Assembly: GCA_964187785.1 (NCBI GenBank)
Contig: OZ076409.1
Span: 17,486,001 to 17,550,000, forward strand
Reading direction: 5' to 3'
From: Amphiscolops sp. MND2022
Taxonomy: Eukaryota
DNA length: 64,000 bases
Part shown: piece after piece, positions 37,598 through 48,397 of the stretch
Layout: every line of letters starts with the position of its first letter
Position numbering within the stretch: position 1 is the stretch's first letter
Notes under the pieces: generated by a model
Told to the model about the DNA's origin: nothing
What the model saw: the letters and a program-made list of their open reading frames with translations, nothing else
Database searches by the model: none
Made by a program: the position numbers and the translations under genes

Positions 37598-38727
37598 TGG
37601 TGACAGGAGAAAACGAATCTCCAATTGAAGTTCCTGAGTTTCTCACAGGACGAATGCCATCCACTAGTCATCTCAACAGATCCTGTGATGACCTTCCGCT
37701 GCTCGACACGACGATCCCAGCACAAGAACGACCCGCTCTGGCATCAGAACAAGACCCCATCAACAGGCTAGCAGATGTTTTGACTAGTATGCAGAACCGT
37801 CCAACGGCCCAACAACTCACTATCCGCCCAGTCAACTCCAACACAATGACATTCGACGGAAAAAGTGAGAAGTTCGAGCTGTTTGAGGATTTATTCCATA
37901 CGATGATCAAGATGCAGCCTGAGATGACCGAACAAATGAAAATCAATCACTTCCATTCCTTGCTGCGAAAGAATGCACTCCAAACATTCAGAAACATCAG
38001 CAACGCCAATAGACAAACTCTTGAGGATGTACTTGTCATTTTCAGACGAAAGTACGTCAAACCCGAATCTCAGGCAACTGCAAAACATAAATGGCATCGC
38101 CTAGTCTTTGACCCTAACACGACCAAATTGCCAGACTTTCTTGAAGAGCTTAACCAAGGAGCAGAAAAGGCCTTCGGAGACAATGCCCAAAAAATGATCG
38201 ACAGTCTCCTATATGCAAAACTGCCACCAAAGCTCAAAAGATCAGTCAACATGGCTAGACTAGAGAATGGCTCTTACGATGAAATTGTCGCTCATCTAGA
38301 ACGAGAACTGGAACTGAATGCACTTGAAGAGTCTGACGACCTGCCCATAGCATCAATGACATCTTCGATTGGCAAGACAAAAACTGTTCCTTCCAACGTA
38401 CAGATGAGTGATATAACGTGCAATTATTGCAAAGAAAAGGGCCATATGGTCAAAGATTGCGAGAAATTGAAGAAGAAAAAAGAAAAAGATGCCCAACAAG
38501 GCAAACAGCCTCAGAAAAAGACGTACCCGGAGTGTGGCACTTGTGGTAAAAAGAACCACCCAGAAGAAAGATGTTGGCAGGGTGCTGGTGCACATCTCAA
38601 ACCCAAACGCACCAGACCAGATGACGCCAATGACGGTAAACCCAATCCAAAGGCGCAGAAACCACAAAACAAATCAACATCTTCCAACTCACAAACCTCA
38701 TCTTCCAATGATGAGTCAAAAAACTAA
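37006..38727 (+). CDS. gag: Gag, 573 aa, starting within the 5' LTR
   Basis: Capsid-like TFDGKSEKFELFED region, and two CCHC knuckles CNYCKEKGHMVKDC and CGTCGKKNHPEERC. Confidence 0.92.
   Translation: MPTTRKQKKARKSREAEMLSDIENLDIMLGGTHYNRNERSESLNSNQARRPGSPFGDEFENEDENRLSNSENNGPSPNAELGQNSARGSSNAEINRLSSELNSRISREMDEMMNSVSVQIQRAISEAISNQVLPQIQNALMTDSGHMTKERWNVPSERPEGYSEVLRNSDSRNNLKSKTLGDRQKDGFTLPDTRAYDMVTGENESPIEVPEFLTGRMPSTSHLNRSCDDLPLLDTTIPAQERPALASEQDPINRLADVLTSMQNRPTAQQLTIRPVNSNTMTFDGKSEKFELFEDLFHTMIKMQPEMTEQMKINHFHSLLRKNALQTFRNISNANRQTLEDVLVIFRRKYVKPESQATAKHKWHRLVFDPNTTKLPDFLEELNQGAEKAFGDNAQKMIDSLLYAKLPPKLKRSVNMARLENGSYDEIVAHLERELELNALEESDDLPIASMTSSIGKTKTVPSNVQMSDITCNYCKEKGHMVKDCEKLKKKKEKDAQQGKQPQKKTYPECGTCGKKNHPEERCWQGAGAHLKPKRTRPDDANDGKPNPKAQKPQNKSTSSNSQTSSSNDESKN
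37598..37615 (+). promoter_or_regulatory. Putative PBS (inside the gag reading frame)
   Basis: TGGTGACAGGAG directly after the LTR-terminal ACA. The tRNA was not identified. Confidence 0.6.
38718..38724 (+). promoter_or_regulatory. -1 ribosomal frameshift slippery site A AAA AAC
   Basis: X XXY YYZ heptamer immediately before the gag TAA. The -1 frame is open from here into pol. Confidence 0.85.
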
Positions 38728-41700
38728 CTTCGCCACGACTCCAATACAACCAACTAATATCTGTCCGACAATACATCAGATCGGACCCTCCAACGCAAAT
38801 TTTTCACCAATACAATCAACAATTGATGGGCTATCCTTCTGTTGTCTGGCAGCAACAAATGGAAAAAGCTACCATTATTACTTACAATAATACCCATTTG
38901 TTCCAAAAACCAATTCCTGTATGGGACCCTGATTACACATCCGCTTTCAATAGCCGATTCAGGCCCATTCCCTTGATAGACAACTACAACCCTACCTACA
39001 TCGATCCTGACTATGGACGAGATCCCTATTGGGATACCGAACTTTACAACCAGGATTTGTTACAATTCCAATACGTTATCGATGATATCGAACTCTATAA
39101 TAGATCAATCCATGACAATCCACCAATCACCCACAACAAGAAAACCAGAGCATTGATTGAAACATGGCAGATGAACGATGGTACAAGCCATCCGGTGTTC
39201 CCAAACCCCTTAGGGACCGAGACCTTAGACAAACCAGAAGAAACAATACCACAGTCACTACTTGACGAACGTCAGTTCCAAAACATCCTCATTACCAGAG
39301 AAGGTGAACCAGACTGTATACCCCTGTCTACCAACATAAACTTGAAATGCAAGAAACGCATGCTATATTTCCCTATGGACTTTGGGGAATTGACCATTGA
39401 TGGACTTATCGACACTGGTGCCTTATCCAGTGCAATCCCCGAAATGGACCTCCGGAAAATTAGACTCCTTTCACCACAATCAGTTATCCGAGAAGGTCCG
39501 CCTCCGAACTTCCAAATCATGGTCGCTAATGGGCAACTGGAAACTCCTAAAAGTACCATAGAGCTCAAATTCGAAGTTGGTGACATTGAGTTCCATGAAA
39601 TCTTCATAGTAATGGAACATCTGACAGGACCAATCATAGGACTAATGTTCCTCCAGCGAAATCATACAGTTCTGGACATGAGGCAAGGAATCCTGAACTT
39701 CCCGTTCTTTTCAATGCAACTAAAAACAGCTGACCATAAATACTCAAACGTGCTAGAACCAATTCTCAACCCTACCGAAATAACCATTCCGCCGAATGAC
39801 AGAGTCCTAATCAGGACCAATTCCCTACTGTACCCCGAGAATGCTGTCACTGGAATTTTACAGCCGAGCGACCTTCTACATGAAGAAGGCGACATCACAT
39901 TCTGCCCAGCCTTGGTCACTCTGAATGACGGCAATATATTGATACCAGTGAACAATTTCACAGACCATCCTTATAAACTTAAAAAGGGATTACATATTGC
40001 CAATTTCTCTGTCATGACGCCAGAGCAAATGAAATACGTCAAACCGGTAGACCCGGCATCAACCTGGCATTTGTTACAAAATGACCAAGAACAAGCAGCC
40101 CATTACGTCAGTAGCCTGATCAAGACAAACAGAAATCCACAAAACACTGAAAATTACTGGTTCCCAACTCCAGAAAACCCTGGAAATCCTGAGGAACACA
40201 CACCCATACAAAAACGAATCCTTCAAGAATTACAGGCCCTACAAGACCTAGAGACTCTTGACCCCACAAAAGACGAAGAATCACGTGCAAAATTCTTAGA
40301 AAACTTTGACTGGAAAGATTCCACCCTTACTCCTGAAGAGAAGGAGAAAATAGAGGAATTGTTAGTGGAATTTCACGACATCGTTGCACGACACCGATTC
40401 GATATAGGCATGAACGAGGACTTCAAGGTGAAACTGACACCTAAGGACGATTCCCCAGCCTATAGTCAAAGTCTTCCAGCTCCTATCAATTTGAAGGAGG
40501 ACATCCTAGTTGAATTAGCCATGTTACACAAATATGGCATCATCACCACTTTACCGTTCTCGAAATACGCCAGCCCAATATTCGCCCAAAAGAAACCAAA
40601 TGGGAAGCTACGACTTTTGGTTGACCTGAGAAAAATCAACAACCTCATCTCGGATGATTATATAAACAATAATCACCCTGTAAGCACCTTGGTTGATGCT
40701 GCCCAACACTTGGCAGGCAAAAAACTATTCTGTAAATTAGACTGTTCGCAGGCATACCATTGTCTACCAATGGCCGACCAACGTTCAATTGAAATGTTGG
40801 CTTTCAATTTTGCCAGTCGCACATTCGCCTACAGACGTCTGGCACAAGGCCTTAGCCGGTCACTATCCGCATTCTCGAGTTTTATGAGAGAATACCTGGA
40901 CAAAGTCATCAAAGCGGATCAGTGTGCCCAGTACGTAGACGATATAGGCATCGCAGCAAATGATGCTGACCACCTCATAGCTAACCTGAGGGCTACATTC
41001 AAATGCATTCAGAAAGCAGGCCTTAAATTGACAATGCATAAATGTCACTTTGGTGCCAAAGAAATTGATTTTCTCGGACGGACTATTACCCCGCAAGGCG
41101 TCAAACCCCAGAAACAAAACGTGCAAAACTTTCTGGAAAAGACCAAGTTCCCAAAGTCGAAAAAGGCTTTGCAGCGCTACTTGGGATTCTTGAATTACTA
41201 CAGAAATTATGTCCCAAGACTTTCAGAACGCCTTGCCCCATTCTACAAGATGCTAAAGAATGACGAAAAGGTCCTGGTATCGAAAGAATTGGTCCAACAA
41301 TTCGAGGAAATCAACAAAGCACTTGACAAATGTTGCGACTTGGCATTACAACAACCCATTCCGAACAAACAAATAGCACTAATGACTGACGCAAGTTTTG
41401 GTGCAGCCGGATACGCGGTCTTAATCGAAGATGACCCGAACCAGAAATTCACGTCACTCAGAAAATCGTATGCACCAGTCGCATACGGATCAAAAATTTT
41501 CACCCCAGCCCAGATAAAGATGTCAATTTATGCAAAAGAATTCCTTGCAATTTACTTTGCATTCAAAGAATTCGGACATATATTCTGGGGTGCGCCGAAA
41601 CCGGTCATCATCCTTACGGACAACAAAGCCGTCACGAGATTTTTCCAAACGAAAATAATACCCCCAGCCCTGTGGAATGCATGTGATTATGTGATTCAGT

Positions 41701-43931
41701 TCAATTTTGTCATAGCACACATCCCGGGGGCACAGAACACAGCAGCTGACTATTTGTCCCGATTGGAGGCAGACCCGAAGGATAAATTAGTCATGAAAAT
41801 CCGTGAGGATGTACAAACTTTACCAATTGAAATCAATGTCCAATCCGCAGGGGTGTCGCAAGAAGAACAAATCTTCTACACCAATGACGACGATGAGACA
41901 GAGGAACAGGCTTGGGCAAGGAAAGAAGCAATCAGGAAAAACCCAGCAATTGATGAGCCCACTGTTACTATACAAACTTTGTCAACAAATCTGGTCAAGC
42001 AACACCCCGATGTACAAGTCCGATTGAGGAAAATGAACCAGATCATCATTGAACAATCCAAAGATACAGTATTACAACAATTGAAGGCGAAACTCCTTCA
42101 TGAAGACTATTCAGAAAACATACTGCAACAAGATGCTCGATATAGACACTATGCAAATAATTTGGAGCGAATCGTACTCAAGGACGAAATCCTGACAAGG
42201 CAATATTTTGATGAAACAGGGAATGTTAAATACCATCAAATTTTGCTCCCACAACACCTACTTCGGGAAGTGCTCCACTCCCTTCATGGGACAGCGCATA
42301 AACATCCCGGGATTTCAAAAATGTTGCAGGAAATCAGACAAAAGTACTACTACCCTAACATGGCAAAACATGTCAAAAAGTGGGTAGAAGGGTGTGAACA
42401 ATGTGCAAAGGACAAACGAGTCCCAAACGCAACAATCACCCCTGAACTACTTAACTTGCCGGAATGGGACCTTGGACCCGAAGACGCCATGCAAATCGAC
42501 TTATTGCCGAATCTTCCCCCAAGTGGAGGATACGAAAATGTTTTAACTGCAATTGATGTCTTCTCTCGATACTTGTTTGCTTATCCTCTTACGGACGCAT
42601 CAGCGATCAATGTAGCTAAAGCAATCATTGATATTATGACCAAACATTCTTACCTACCGACGACGCTCATTACGGACAAAGGAACTGCCTTTACCTCCAC
42701 GATCATTGCGGAAATTACACAGATTTTAGGCATTACCCTAAAATGTGCAACGACGAAACACCCGCAAACTATCGGGAAATTAGAGCGAACGCATGCCTCA
42801 TTGAAAACGAACCTGAAAATGGCATGTGGGGAATATCGCCGACAATGGCATAAATATTTGCCTTTAGCAGTTCTCAATCATAACACTAGTTATCATGCCA
42901 GTATCGGATGCGAACCCACAAGAGTGTTCCATGGGAGAATCCCATACAACATATTGGATCACAAACTTGGAATGAACCCAAATGAGCCAATCCATCCGAC
43001 TACTGAATTTGCCGAAGAAATCCAGAACCGGACCAAACTCCTTATTGACAAAACAAAGCAGAACATCATGCAGTCATATATCAAATATAAGGAGTATTAC
43101 GACCGAAAAGCAAAAGCCGCCCCACTCAAAGAGGGCGATTACTGTTTTGTATTACAGCCGAAAGCGGATCATCAAGGATCAAAAATTCCATTCAGGGATT
43201 ATCGTTGGGTTGGACCGTTTATAGTCCAGAAGACCTTACCTAATGAGAATTACATCGTCCGCAGGCTTAATACAAATAAAACGCAGATATTGCATCGAAT
43301 TCGTCTCAAAAAGTTTGTTCCAAATCAGCCACTTGAGGACAATTTCCGAGAACAGCGTCTACAGCCGGATGACGAAATAATCATTCCGCAAGACGACTTG
43401 TATGTAATAACGTGGGAAACAAACTTTGGCGAACAGCTAGATACACGAGGCAGCGAGCCTATTCCGGCCAGCTTGACGAATGACGGACAGCCGAGTACGG
43501 CAGAAACGAATGCGAGTGACGCAAGCGAGAATGAAGTTGATTATGTAATCACGAGCGACGAATCAAATCTCACTGACCGCGCGTCGCATAGACGGAATGA
43601 ACGACTAATTGATGACGTCACTAAAAGAAATGAAGCTACTGAAGCTATTAGAAATGAAGTATTTGATTGGCCGAATCCGGCCGTCTCCCCAAAAACCCAA
43701 GAAAAATCTTCGCCGGATATGGCAAATGGACCAAACGACGATGAAAATTTTCCAGAAAGAAATTCATCGAATGAAAGCGATGCACAAAATTCTCCAAATA
43801 GGGGGGATGATATTATCGTGCCCGAAATATCTGAAAACGATGCTAGAAATGAAAGTCTGAGCCCTAGAGGAGGGAAATATAATCTCAGGCCTAACCCTAA
43901 CCCAAACTACTCAGAAGACTTCAGATACTAA
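38724..43931 (+). CDS. pol: Pol polyprotein (protease, dUTPase-like spacer, RT, RNase H, integrase), reached by -1 frameshift
   Basis: LIDTGA (~39411), YASP/LRLLVDLR/YVDD (~40932), MTDAS..YAKE..TDNK..AADYLSR, HGTAHKH..CEQC, IDL..TDKG..KLER. No stops. Confidence 0.96.
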   Translation, partial: LTSPRLQYNQLISVRQYIRSDPPTQIFHQYNQQLMGYPSVVWQQQMEKATIITYNNTHLFQKPIPVWDPDYTSAFNSRFRPIPLIDNYNPTYIDPDYGRDPYWDTELYNQDLLQFQYVIDDIELYNRSIHDNPPITHNKKTRALIETWQMNDGTSHPVFPNPLGTETLDKPEETIPQSLLDERQFQNILITREGEPDCIPLSTNINLKCKKRMLYFPMDFGELTIDGLIDTGALSSAIPEMDLRKIRLLSPQSVIREGPPPNFQIMVANGQLETPKSTIELKFEVGDIEFHEIFIVMEHLTGPIIGLMFLQRNHTVLDMRQGILNFPFFSMQLKTADHKYSNVLEPILNPTEITIPPNDRVLIRTNSLLYPENAVTGILQPSDLLHEEGDITFCPALVTLNDGNILIPVNNFTDHPYKLKKGLHIANFSVMTPEQMKYVKPVDPASTWHLLQNDQEQAAHYVSSLIKTNRNPQNTENYWFPTPENPGNPEEHTPIQKRILQELQALQDLETLDPTKDEESRAKFLENFDWKDSTLTPEEKEKIEELLVEFHDIVARHRFDIGMNEDFKVKLTPKDDSPAYSQSLPAPINLKEDILVELAMLHKYGIITTLPFSKYASPIFAQKKPNGKLRLLVDLRKINNLISDDYINNNHPVSTLVDAAQHLAGKKLFCKLDCSQAYHCLPMADQRSIEMLAFNFASRTFAYRRLAQGLSRSLSAFSSFMREYLDKVIKADQCAQYVDDIGIAANDADHLIANLRATFKCIQKAGLKLTMHKCHFGAKEIDFLGRTITPQGVKPQKQNVQNFLEKTKFPKSKKALQRYLGFLNYYRNYVPRLSERLAPFYKMLKNDEKVLVSKELVQQFEEINKALDKCCDLALQQPIPNKQIALMTDASFGAAGYAVLIEDDPNQKFTSLRKSYAPVAYGSKIFTPAQIKMSIYAKEFLAIYFAFKEFGHIFWGAPKPVIILTDNKAVTRFFQTKIIPPALWNACDYVIQFNFVIAHIPGAQNTAADYLSRLEADPKDKLVMKIREDVQTLPIEINVQSAGVSQEEQIFYTNDDDETEEQAWARKEAIRKNPAIDEPTVTIQTLSTNLVKQHPDVQVRLRKMNQIIIEQSKDTVLQQLKAKLLHEDYSENILQQDARYRHYANNLERIVLKDEILTRQYFDETGNVKYHQILLPQHLLREVLHSLHGTAHKHPGISKMLQEIRQKYYYPNMAKHVKKWVEGCEQCAKDKRVPNATITPELLNLPEWDLGPEDAMQIDLLPNLPPSGGYENVLTAIDVFSRYLFAYPLTDASAINVAKAIIDIMTKHSYLPTTLITDKGTAFTSTIIAEITQILGITLKCATTKHPQTIGKLERTHASLKTNLKMACGEYRRQWHKYLPLAVLNHNTSYHASIGCEPTRVFHGRIPYNILDHKLGMNPNEPIHPTTEFAEEIQNRTKLLIDKTKQNIMQSYIKYKEYYDRKAKAAPLKEGDYCFVLQPKADHQGSKIPFRDYRWVGPFIVQKTLPNENYIVRRLNTNKTQILHRIRLKKFVPNQPLEDNFREQRLQPDDEIIIPQDDLYVITWETNFGEQLDTRGSEPIPASLTNDGQPSTAETNASDASENEVDYVITSDESNLTDRASHRRNERLIDDVTKRNEATEAIRNEVFDWPNPAVSPKTQEKSSPDMANGPNDDENFPERNSSNESDAQNSPNRGDDIIVPEISENDARNESLSPRGGKYNLRPNPNPNYSEDFRY

Positions 43932-44172
43932 AGATTGAATTCTTCCCGAAAATGGGAGTTCTTTCTTATTATCTTTTTCTGTTTTTTTTTAAGTCCCTCT
44001 GGTATCTTTGAATAAATAATGGGACGAACGAAGGACCCCTCTCAAAATAAATACGGGGGCGAAAGATACAAACAATGAGGAAACAGAAATCAAGGGCAAA
44101 CGAAAGAATAAATACAACAAAGAAATTAACAAAGTTTACAGTTCGTAAGTACATAAATACATATGTACATAA

Positions 44173-47100
44173 TCAGGCCTTAGTGGAGGAATCCTTACTG
44201 GGGCTCCCAGCAACAGAGGAAGCAGACGATCGTGAGCCGCTCCTACCTCTCCTTCGCTTTTTACAACTGGGAAACTTCACAGCAGACTGATCACACACAG
44301 TACTGCTCTCTCCCAAATCTTCCTGGACTGAAACCCGTTTTGGAGCAGACTCAGCCTTGCGGTAAGTGGACAAGAGGGATTTGTAAATTCCCGACCGACC
44401 GAAAGTATCCACATAGGCCCAAGGATCATAGTCGGAAGAGAAGGCAGAACGACCAAACGATGTGGAGAGAGTCGAAAATTTGGCCAGATTGGAGTCCTCG
44501 CTGCTCCGGACGACAGAACCAATGACATTAGCCATATAACTCTGACAAGGCAGGATAAGGTCAGTGAACCGGCTCTGTCCACCAGCGGTAGTAACTCCCC
44601 CAAAGACGACATCTGGATAGCTGGGACTGGTGACGGTCGTACACAAACAGCTCAATTTGAAGAGGTATAAGAGATGGGAACGTTCATGGAGAAACTCGAG
44701 CCCCATCAGGAACTCGATCAAATCGGCAGACGTACTGGTGATGTCGAAATCAGGCCCGTAGGCGGTTCGGAGGTGATCCAATAGCTGGATATATTGATCC
44801 CGACACTGGGACTCATTTGAATCGTCCACCCAAGATCGGACTGCGAAGCTACTGTACAACACCTCGAAATGTCGTAAGGCTACATCCATTGGCCTCTTCA
44901 GCATAATAAAGGGGTCAAAAGCAGCAAGCCCCTTCACCAGATTAGTGCTGAGCCCAGTTCTTTGATGGATCCCATTGATTACAAACTGGATGTAATGCTG
45001 GCTATCCTTGACGAAATCAGTCTTTACCGTCTCAGCAGTAGCTTGTATGGCAGCGCGCTCTGACTTCTTGCCGAAATGAAGACCTTCGGCTCTTGCTTTG
45101 CATGCGGCTGAAACCTTACTCGCTAGCTTAAGCCGGACAAGGTACTCGTCTCCTGAAAGGAAAGTGGCCTCACTCGTCTGAAAGCGCAAGAGGAGAAACC
45201 AAGCGTTTGCTAGGGGCGCAGTGTCAGGGGTGTATATACGGGAACAGAGCAGGCTGAGAAATCGGCTTACTTCTCCACACAAGTAGAAGGATGAATCGCG
45301 TCGATACTGTAGATTGACTGAGAAACTGGTGACGACTGAAAACAAAACTGTTGTCCAAATCAGGATGATAGACCCTCACTAAGGCTGCGACAGATTATAC
45401 TTACAATCGTTGACGATCCTACTGAAGAATTCCAGTTTGACGACGAAGAATTCGTCGCATATCACCGACCACTCAAAGCTCTGCACCTGAAACAAGACTA
45501 TCATCAACCCTGTGGTAAAACTGGACCCTACCGATCAGATGAAGAAAATTGGTCTATATTCTCATGTGACTTAAAGGAGAAAAGATGAGATCTAACCCTT
45601 CCTCGGGATCCTTGACCTTCTTGCAATGGCGCATGTGTGGTCAGGTACCGCACCACGTTTTTCCATTCGGCGATGAGTTCTCGACAAAGAACAGGCAAGG
45701 TTGTCACTTCGAGCTTACAACTGGTCACAGCCTGGAAAGTACAATAAAGCCGCATGAGGATTCCAGACGAATAAGATGAAAGAGCCCTATATAAGCCTAT
45801 GACTCCGATGAGAGAAATGCAAGGAAACTACTTACTTTGGTAAGTTCTGGGCTGCGGAGAACCCAATCTTCCATGAGGGACCCACCCAGAGAAACCATCA
45901 AGGCTTGAAGGACGGAGAAGAAGTCTATCTTCCCAAAAACACTATAACTCGTCTTGTGCAGGAGATTGGGCAGGCTGAAGTGTTCGAAGCGCAGACAGCT
46001 TTGAACCCCCTGTTTGTAGTACTGTGACTCGTCGATGGCCCTGGGTAATTCAGAGTGACATCCAGAACAGGCCACGATCCCAGGTTTGGTAGATATGGCA
46101 GAGAGGAGTCGGGACAAAGACCCAAGTTCTCCTGTCACGTCTGTAGTGATCTGTGAGCTGCGGCATATGAAGACTCTACAAAGCTCAGAGCCATTCCAGA
46201 ACTTGATGGACATGTGCTTGTAGACTCCTTTGGTCTCGAACTCAAGAGCGAAGCACTGCTGAGTGTTGACATTCTCTGCTATGTCCTCAAGGCAACAGAC
46301 GAAGAAGTGTTGGAAGATCGCCTAGAAACAAAACCTTTTGAAACCTTAGAAGGAATGGAACCTAAGTGGATGAAACGAACAAATGCTTACCGACAATCTC
46401 TCTTCTCCCCAATCAAAGTCGTTGAAGGTAGCCTGATGATTGGTAAATGACCCCATCCGGGACCACAGATTTCGCAGAACCGTCAGATCTCCTTGGCTCT
46501 TGATGAAATCTCCAACCAGGCAGAGCTGAGTCTTGGTGCGAGATTCCGGGGTAACCAAAGCAGTGGTCGATCCTTTGACGAAGTCCTCATAAAAGGGGAA
46601 GCGTTCTCCTATGTCCACAAGCTCAACGTGGATAAATTTGGGCAGCTCCTTAGCCAGCTCAACTTTGGACAACAACTTCCCATTGCCACCTCTGACTCTG
46701 TGTTGCACCTTCCCTGTCACCGGATCCGTGCTCCGCAAATGTTCATAGCGCCAGCGTTGGTCGCGTCGCAGATGGCGCTCCGTTCGGTGGTGTCTCAATA
46801 TCTCGTAAGGGCCCTTGGACTTGATGGAGAAGTTCTTCTTGCAGATATGACACCAAACCATATGAGGATTATGGAGTGGGTCAGCAGGGCCTGAAATGAA
46901 GGACCTGGTCCATCCGATCTTTGCGAAGAACTCTTCTCGCATAGGGACACCTCGTTTGGAGAGATTCCGGTTGCCTCTCTTCTTCTTGGACTTGGACGAA
47001 CCGGCAGCGGCACGTTCTAGGACCTGGTCCCTGACTTCAAGGAGCGTGGCATCTTGACTGCTGTATTCTGGAGTATCAGCCTGAGAATCCAAGCCAGACG

Positions 47101-48397
47101 CCTGCAGAACTAGCGGACCATGCGTCTCAGCGGGTTTCTTGAAGGACTTCGCTATCAAATCCAGCTCAGTAGCATTGTCGCTTTCCCCATAATATGAGGA
47201 ATCTCCAGTGTCTTCCGAACTCGACGATCCGGCAACCCTCTCCCTTGACGTGACTTCCCCTTCAGAGTCACTCCCACTAGAGTCTCCAATACTACTGGGA
47301 CCCGGTGTCTGAGCCCGCCTCCCTGCAAAGAAATGAGCAGTTCGCGATGGGGCGACAGTAGGTTTTCCACGGACTGCATCTGTGACCATTTGTTCCATGG
47401 TCGAAAAAGACCGGCTGAGAGTCTCGTCAGTGAGGACTCTAAGGAGATGGTATACCTGTGGCTCAGTAAATGACACAGTGGTATGACCTACTGGAAGTCG
47501 TACAGAGGGGGACTCGTCAAAGTATTCTTTGAGGATAGCCCGACTTCTACCCGAGAGGTGGGGTGGTTCCCGGTGGGACTCAGCCTGTCCAGGGGCCTGT
47601 CCACTAGTACCAGGGACAAGAAGTTCCGAAGTGGCCTCATCTCCTCCTTCAGTTTCAGAGGCATGTGCGAAGGGAGTGTAACCATACAAGGCCACAGGAA
47701 CCACCACGCTAGATTGGTCAGTAGCTCCTTCATCCCCACTAGGGTCAGTTAGGTACCGAATTTTGCATTCTCCTCCAGGAAGTGGGGGAGCGTCACCAAT
47801 GGATGATGCGGCATCGTAGTCCTGATGTGTCAGGGTGTCACTCTCAACGTTGGCATCGGATTGGGTAACATCCACAAGTTCAGCCAGTTGGGACCCAGAA
47901 CTCTCGACCACTCGCAGAGCAGACTCTAGGGCTGACAAATTAGCTGTTGGGGCCTCCCCCATTTCGGTAACCAAAGGGGTGCTTGCCCTCCTAGTCTCCC
48001 CAACGTTTGAGGCGGACGAATCTTCCTGGACACCAGGGTCCGTACCCTGACTTGGACCGAGCTGTGTGGCTTCTTGTTGAGTTCGGTCTGATGTCTGAGA
48101 ACTCTCTAGCTGTCGGACCATATTCTCGGCATAAATAGTCACGTCCAAATCACTGTCTGTACTATGAATGGAGGTGGCTTCATCGGGTCGACTTTCATTC
48201 TTCTTTCCGTCAGGATGGATGCTGGGTGTGGTTTGGGACGTATCAGGATGTGGGATTTGCGATCCCATCTCAGTTGGAAGACTAACTATCGGGACAGTTG
48301 TAGAAGGGTTGGCTGATGTGCTGGCAATTTCAGTTGTCTGATTCTCTAAACGAAAAGAGATAAAGTTTGGCGGTATGCTTCCTCGAAAAGAATCCAT
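44173..48397 (-). CDS. Predicted five-exon antisense cargo gene, ~1290 aa, hAT-transposase-derived zinc-finger protein. Exons: 48397-46391, 46321-45836, 45731-45597, 45486-45405, 45335-44173
   Basis: Four GT-AG introns (69, 104, 110, 69 bp) join the separate minus-strand ORFs in frame without stops. BED-like finger CHIC...RHHRTERH at 46772-46855. The C-terminal half resembles the hAT fold by eye. Confidence 0.75.

Noticed and set aside
43889..43903. Telomere-like CCTAACCCTAACCC
   Set aside because: Only about two units, and it encodes PNPNP in the pol C-terminus.
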